This document shows, in pieces, positions 57,001-64,000 of a DNA stretch of 64,000 nt (position 1 is the first letter of the stretch; every line of letters begins with the position of its first letter). The stretch covers positions 35,402,001-35,466,000 of the forward strand of contig OZ024748.1 of the NCBI GenBank assembly GCA_964016885.1, given 5' to 3'. A program made the position numbers and the translations under genes. The stretch comes from Eledone cirrhosa (taxonomy: Eukaryota). The notes beneath the pieces are model-generated. The model was not told where the DNA came from. It was given only the letters and a program-made list of their open reading frames with translations, and did not search any database.

Positions 57001-60000
57001 ACTTGTACCATTAAAGACATGGTGTCTTGTACCATTAAAGAGATGGTGTCTTGTACAATTAAAGACACGGTGTCTCGTACCATTAAAGACATGGTCTCTT
57101 GTAACATAAAATGATATGGTGTCTTGTACCATTAAAGACATAGTGTCTTGTACCATTAAAGACACTGTGTCTTGTAACATTAAAGACTTGTTGTCTTGTA
57201 CCATTAACGACAAGGTGTCTTGTACCACTAAAGACATGGTGACTTGTAACATTAATGACATCGTGTCTTGTACTATTAAAGACATGGTGTCTTGTACCTT
57301 TAAAGACACGGTGTCTTGTACCATTAAAGACATGGAGCCTTGTATCATTAAAGACGCGGTGTATTGTACCATTAAAGACACGGTGTATTGTACTATTAAA
57401 GACATGTTGTCTTGCACCATTAAATATATGGTGTCTTGTACAATTATGAAAAACATTGTGTTTTTACCATTAAAGACATGGTGTCTTGTACCATTAATGA
57501 CATGGTGTCTTGTACCATTAATGACATGGTGTCTTGTACCATTAAAGACACGGTATCTTGTAACATTATAGACCCGGTGTCTTGTACCATTAAAGACACG
57601 GTCTCTTGTACCATTAAAGATATCGTGTCTTGCAGTATTAATGACATCGTGTCTTCTACCTTTAAAGACATGGTGTCTTGTAACATTAAAGAAAACGTAT
57701 CTTGTAACATTAAAGACATGGTGTCTTGTACCATTAAAGACACGGTGTCTAGTATCATTAAAGACATGGTGTCTTGTACAATTAAAGACACGGTGTATTG
57801 TACCATTAAAGACACGGTATCTTTTCACGTTAAATGATATGGTTTCTTGTACCATTAAAGACACGGTGTCTTGTAACATTAAAGACATGGTGTCTTGTAC
57901 CATTAAAAACATGGTGTCTTGTACCATTAAAGACACGGTGTCTCGAACCATTAAAGACATGGTGTCTTGTAACATTAAATGATATGGTGTCTTGTACCAT
58001 TAAAGACAGAGTGTCTTGTACCATTAAAGACACGGTATCTTGTACCATTAAAGACTTGGTGTCTTGTACCATTAAAGACATGGCGTCTTGTCCCATTAAA
58101 GACACGGTGTTTTGTACCATTAAACACATAGTGTCTCGTCCCATTTAAGGCATGGTGTCTTGTACCATCAATGACATGGTGTCTTGTACCATTAAAGAGA
58201 TGGTCTCTTGTCCCATTTAAGACACGGTGTCTTGTAACATTAAATACATGGTGTCTTGTAGCTTTAAAGATATGGTGTCTTGTACCATTAATGACATGGT
58301 GTCTTGTACCATTAAAGACATGGTGTCTTGTCCCATTTAAGACATGGTGTATTGTACCATTAAACACATGGTATCTTGTACATTTAAGACATGGTGTCTT
58401 GTACAATTAATGACATGGTGTCTTGTACCATTAATGACATGGTGTCTTGTACCATTAAAGACATCGTGTCTGGCAGTATTAATGACATGGTGTCTTGTAC
58501 CATTAAAGACATCGTCTCTTGTACCATTAAAGACATGGTGTCTTGTAACATTAAAGACATGGTGTCTTGTACCATTAAAGACATGGTGTCCTGTCCCATT
58601 AAAGACACGGTGTTTTGTACCATTAAAGACATGGTGTCTTGTCCAATTTAAGACATGGTGTCTTCTACCATTAATGAAATGGTGTCTTGTACCATTAAAG
58701 AGATGGTCTCTTGTCCCATTTAAGATACGGTGTCTTGTTCCATTAAATACATGGTGTCTTGTACCATCAAAGACATGGTGTCTTGTACCATTAATGACAT
58801 GGTGTCTTGTACCATTAATGACATTGTGTCTTGTACCATTAAAGACATGGTGTCTTGTAACATTAAATGATATGGTGTCTTGTACCATTAAAGACATGGT
58901 GTTTGTACCATTAAAGACATGGTGTCTTGTAACCTTAAAGACATGTTGTTTTGTACCATTAAAGTCATGGAGTCTTGTACTATTAAAGACATGGTGTATG
59001 TACCTTTAAAAACATGGTGTCTTGTACCTTTAATGACATGGTGTCTTGTAATATTAAAGACACGGTGTCTAGTAACCTTAAAGACATGGTGTTTTGTACC
59101 ATTATATACATGGTGTCTTGTAACATTAAAGACACGGTGTCTTGTACCATTAAAAACATGGTATCTTGTACCTCTGAAGACACGGTGTCTTGTACCATTA
59201 AAGACATTGTGTCTTGTACCATTAATGACATGGTGTCTTGCACCATTAAAGACATGGTGTCTTGTAACATTAATGACATCGTGTCTTGTACCATTAAAGA
59301 CATGGTGTCTTGTACCTTTAAAGACACGGTGTCTTGTACCACTAAACACATGGTGTCTTGTACCATTAAATATATTGTGTCTGTTACAATTATGAAAAAC
59401 ACTGTGTTTTGTACCATTAAAGACATGGTTTCTCGCACCATTAAATATATGGTGTCTTGTACAATTATGAAAAACACTGTGTTTTGTACCATTAAAGACA
59501 TGGTGTCTTGTCCCTTTTAAGACATGGTGTCTTGTACCATTAAAAACATGGTGCCATGCACCATTAATGAGCTGGTGTCTTGTACCATTAAACACACGGT
59601 GTTTTGTACCATTAAAGACATGGTGACTTGTACCATTAAAGACACGGTGTCTTGTACCATTACAGACATGGTGTCTTGCACCATTAATGACATGGTATCT
59701 TGTACCATTAAAGATACGGTGTCTTGTACCATTAAGGACACGGTGTCTCGTACCATTAAAGACATGGTGTCTTGTACAATTAAAGACACGGTGTATTGTA
59801 CCATTAAAGACACGGTGTCTTTTAACATTAAATGATATGGTGTCTTGTACCATTAAAGACATGGTGTCTCGTACCATTAAAGACATGGTGTCTTGTAACA
59901 TTAAATGATATGGTGTCTTGTACCATTAAAGACATAGTGTCTTGTACCATTAAAGACACGGTGTCTTGTACCATTAAAGACATTGTGTCTTGTACCATTA

Positions 60001-63000
60001 ATGACATGGTGTCTTGCACCATTAAAGACATGGTGTCTTGTAACATTAATGACATCGTGTCTTGTACCATTAAAGACATGGTGTCTTGTACCTTTAAAGA
60101 CACGGTGTCTTGTACCACTAAACACATGGTGTCTTGCACCATTAAATATATGGTGTCTTGTACAATTATGAAAAACATTGTGTTTTGTACCATTAAAGAC
60201 ATGGTGTCTTGTACCATTAATGACATGGTGTCTTGTACCATTAATGACATGGTGTCTTGTACCATTGAAGACACGGTGTATTGTACCATTAAAGACACGG
60301 TGTCTTTTAACATTAAATGATATGGTGTTTTGTACCATTAAAAACACGGCGTCTCGTACCATTAAAGACATGGTGTCTTGTACAATTAAAGACACGGTGT
60401 ATTGTACCATTAAAGACACGGTGTCTTTTAACATTAAATGATATGGTGTTTTGTACCATTAAAGACAGGGTGTCTTGTACCATTAAAGACACGGTGACTT
60501 GTACCATTAAAGACATGGTGTCTTGTACCATTAAAGAGATGGTGTCTTGTACAATTAAAGACACGGTGTCTCGTACCATTAAAGACATGGTCTCTTGTAA
60601 CATAAAATGATATGGTGTCTTGTACCATTAAAGACATAGTGTCTTGTACCATTAAAGACACTGTGTCTTGTAACATTAAAGACTTGTTGTCTTGTACCAT
60701 TAACGACAAGGTGTCTTGTACCACTAAAGACATGGTGACTTGTAACATTAATGACATCGTGTCTTGTACTATTAAAGACATGGTGTCTTGTACCTTTAAA
60801 GACACGGTGTCTTGTACCATTAAAGACATGGAGCCTTGTATCATTAAAGACGCGGTGTATTGTACCATTAAAGACACGGTGTATTGTACTATTAAAGACA
60901 TGTTGTCTTGCACCATTAAATATATGGTGTCTTGTACAATTATGAAAAACATTGTGTTTTTACCATTAAAGACATGGTGTCTTGTACCATTAATGACATG
61001 GTGTCTTGTACCATTAATGACATGGTGTCTTGTACCATTAAAGACACGGTATCTTGTAACATTATAGACCCGGTGTCTTGTACCATTAAAGACACGGTCT
61101 CTTGTACCATTAAAGATATCGTGTCTTGCAGTATTAATGACATCGTGTCTTCTACCTTTAAAGACATGGTGTCTTGTAACATTAAAGAAAACGTATCTTG
61201 TAACATTAAAGACATGGTGTCTTGTACCATTAAAGACACGGTGTCTAGTATCATTAAAGACATGGTGTCTTGTACAATTAAAGACACGGTGTATTGTACC
61301 ATTAAAGACACGGTATCTTTTCACGTTAAATGATATGGTTTCTTGTACCATTAAAGACACGGTGTCTTGTAACATTAAAGACATGGTGTCTTGTACCATT
61401 AAAAACATGGTGTCTTGTACCATTAAAGACACGGTGTCTCGAACCATTAAAGACATGGTGTCTTGTAACATTAAATGATATGGTGTCTTGTACCATTAAA
61501 GACAGAGTGTCTTGTACCATTAAAGACACGGTGTCTTGTACCATTAAAGACTTGGTGTCTTGTACCATTAAAGACATGGCGTCTTGTCCCATTAAAGACA
61601 CGGTGTTTTGTACCATTAAACACATAGTGTCTCGTCCCATTTAAGGCATGGTGTCTTGTACCATCAATGACATGGTGTCTTGTACCATTAAAGAGATGGT
61701 CTCTTGTCCCATTTAAGACACGGTGTCTTGTAACATTAAATACATGGTGTCTTGTAGCTTTAAAGATATGGTGTCTTGTACCATTAATGACATGGTGTCT
61801 TGTACCATTAAAGACATGGTGTCTTGTCCCATTTAAGACATGGTGTATTGTACCATTAAACACATGGTATCTTGTACATTTAAGACATGGTGTCTTGTAC
61901 AATTAATGACATGGTGTCTTGTACCATTAATGACATGGTGTCTTGTACCATTAAAGACATCGTGTCTGGCAGTATTAATGACATGGTGTCTTGTACCATT
62001 AAAGACATCGTCTCTTGTACCATTAAAGACATGGTGTCTTGTAACATTAAAGACATGGTGTCTTGTACCATTAAAGACATGGTGTCCTGTCCCATTAAAG
62101 ACACGGTGTTTTGTACCATTAAAGACATGGTGTCTTGTCCAATTTAAGACATGGTGTCTTCTACCATTAATGAAATGGTGTCTTGTACCATTAAAGAGAT
62201 GGTCTCTTGTCCCATTTAAGATACGGTGTCTTGTTCCATTAAATACATGGTGTCTTGTACCATCAAAGACATGGTGTCTTGTACCATTAATGACATGGTG
62301 TCTTGTACCATTAATGACATTGTGTCTTGTACCATTAAAGACATGGTGTCTTGTAACATTAAATGATATGGTGTCTTGTACCATTAAAGACATGGTGTTT
62401 GTACCATTAAAGACATGGTGTCTTGTAACCTTAAAGACATGGTGTTTTGTACCATTAAAGTCATGGAGTCTTGTACTATTAAAGACATGGTGTATGTACC
62501 TTTAAAAACATGGTGTCTTGTACCTTTAATGACATGGTGTCTTGTAATATTAAAGACACGGTGTCTAGTAACCTTAAAGACATGGTGTTTTGTACCATTA
62601 TATACATGGTGTCTTGTAACATTAAAGACACGGTGTCTTGTACCATTAAAAACATGGTATCTTGTACCTCTGAAGACACGGTGTCTTGTACCATTAAAGA
62701 CATTGTGTCTTGTACCATTAATGACATGGTGTCTTGCACCATTAAAGACATGGTGTCTTGTAACATTAATGACATCGTGTCTTGTACCATTAAAGACATG
62801 GTGTCTTGTACCTTTAAAGACACGGTGTCTTGTACCACTAAACACATGGTGTCTTGTACCATTAAATATATTGTGTCTGTTACAATTATGAAAAACACTG
62901 TGTTTTGTACCATTAAAGACATGGTTTCTCGCACCATTAAATATATGGTGTCTTGTACAATTATGAAAAACACTGTGTTTTGTACCATTAAAGACATGGT

Positions 63001-64000
63001 GTCTTGTCCCTTTTAAGACATGGTGTCTTGTACCATTAAAAACATGGTGCCATGCACCATTAATGAGCTGGTGTCTTGTACCATTAAACACACGGTGTTT
63101 TGTACCATTAAAGACATGGTGACTTGTACCATTAAAGACACGGTGTCTTGTACCATTACAGACATGGTGTCTTGCACCATTAATGACATGGTATCTTGTA
63201 CCATTAAAGATACGGTGTCTTGTACCATTAAGGACACGGTGTCTCGTACCATTAAAGACATGGTGTCTTGTACAATTAAAGACACGGTGTATTGTACCAT
63301 TAAAGACACGGTGTCTTTTAACATTAAATGATATGGTGTCTTGTACCATTAAAGACATGGTGTCTCGTACCATTAAAGACATGGTGTCTTGTAACATTAA
63401 ATGATATGGTGTCTTGTACCATTAAAGACATAGTGTCTTGTACCATTAAAGACACGGTGTCTTGTACCATTAAAGACATGGTGTCTTGTACCATTAAAGA
63501 CATGGTATCTTGTACCATTAAAGACACGGTGTCTCGTACAATTAAATACATGGTGTCTTGTAACATTAAAACATGGTCTCTTGTACCATTAAAGACATGG
63601 TGTCCCGTACCATTAAAGATATAGTGTCTCGTCCCTTTTAAGACATGGTGTCTTGTACCATTGCAGACATAGTGTCTCGCACCATTAAATATATGGTGTA
63701 TTGTACAATTATGAAAAAACACTGTGTTTTGTTCCATTAAAGATATTGTGTCTTGTCCCATTTAAGACATCGTGTCTTGTACCATTAAAAACATGGTGTC
63801 ATGCACCATTAATGAGCTGTTGTCTTGTACCATTAAACAAACGGTGTTTTGTACCATTAAAGAGATGGTGACTTGTACCTTTAAAGACAATGTGTCTTGT
63901 ACCATTAATGACATGGTGTCTTGTACCATTAAAGACACGGTGTATTGTAACCTTAAAGACATGGTGTCTTGTACCATTAAAGACCTGGTGTCGTGTACCA
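45006..64000 (+). repeat. 24-bp satellite, block 2 (about 790 units, runs off the window) with higher-order repeats
   Basis: Same monomer; identical ORF translations recur at offsets 2237 and 3496, diverged ones at 2090 and 2768. Confidence 0.97.

Noticed and set aside
39396-64000. Leader plus palindromic repeats resembling CRISPR
   Set aside because: Units are contiguous with no unique spacers, there are no cas genes, and the context is eukaryotic.

Overview
Gene-free, AT-rich eukaryotic DNA. The SINE, LINE and microsatellite content resembles a cephalopod (Octopus-like) genome; this is inference. No host protein-coding gene is supported, and nearly all listed ORFs are read-throughs of simple repeats or satellites. 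Positions 1-33 kb hold microsatellites and decayed transposons: hAT ends, tRNA-derived SINEs, Tc1/mariner-type MITEs, RTE LINE fragments, a 5'-truncated Penelope-like element (RT plus GIY-YIG, inverted pLTR) and an apparently full-length R4/Dong-type retrotransposon sitting in (TATG)n. Positions 33-64 kb are satellite: a 32-bp array and a dyad-symmetric 24-bp array with kb-scale higher-order repeats; each of its two blocks is preceded by the same tRNA-like leader. The main discovery candidate is about a dozen short non-coding, mostly fold-back elements in or beside (TA)n tracts at 1.3-22.5 kb. Most carry complete or partial minimal type I hammerhead ribozymes, and most share a covarying bulged stem-loop (RCUC-stem-loop-stem-UH-GAGY-RCU) downstream. 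In six of eight fold-backs with this motif, the inverted arm ends 4-5 nt before it. All coordinates and folds were read by eye.
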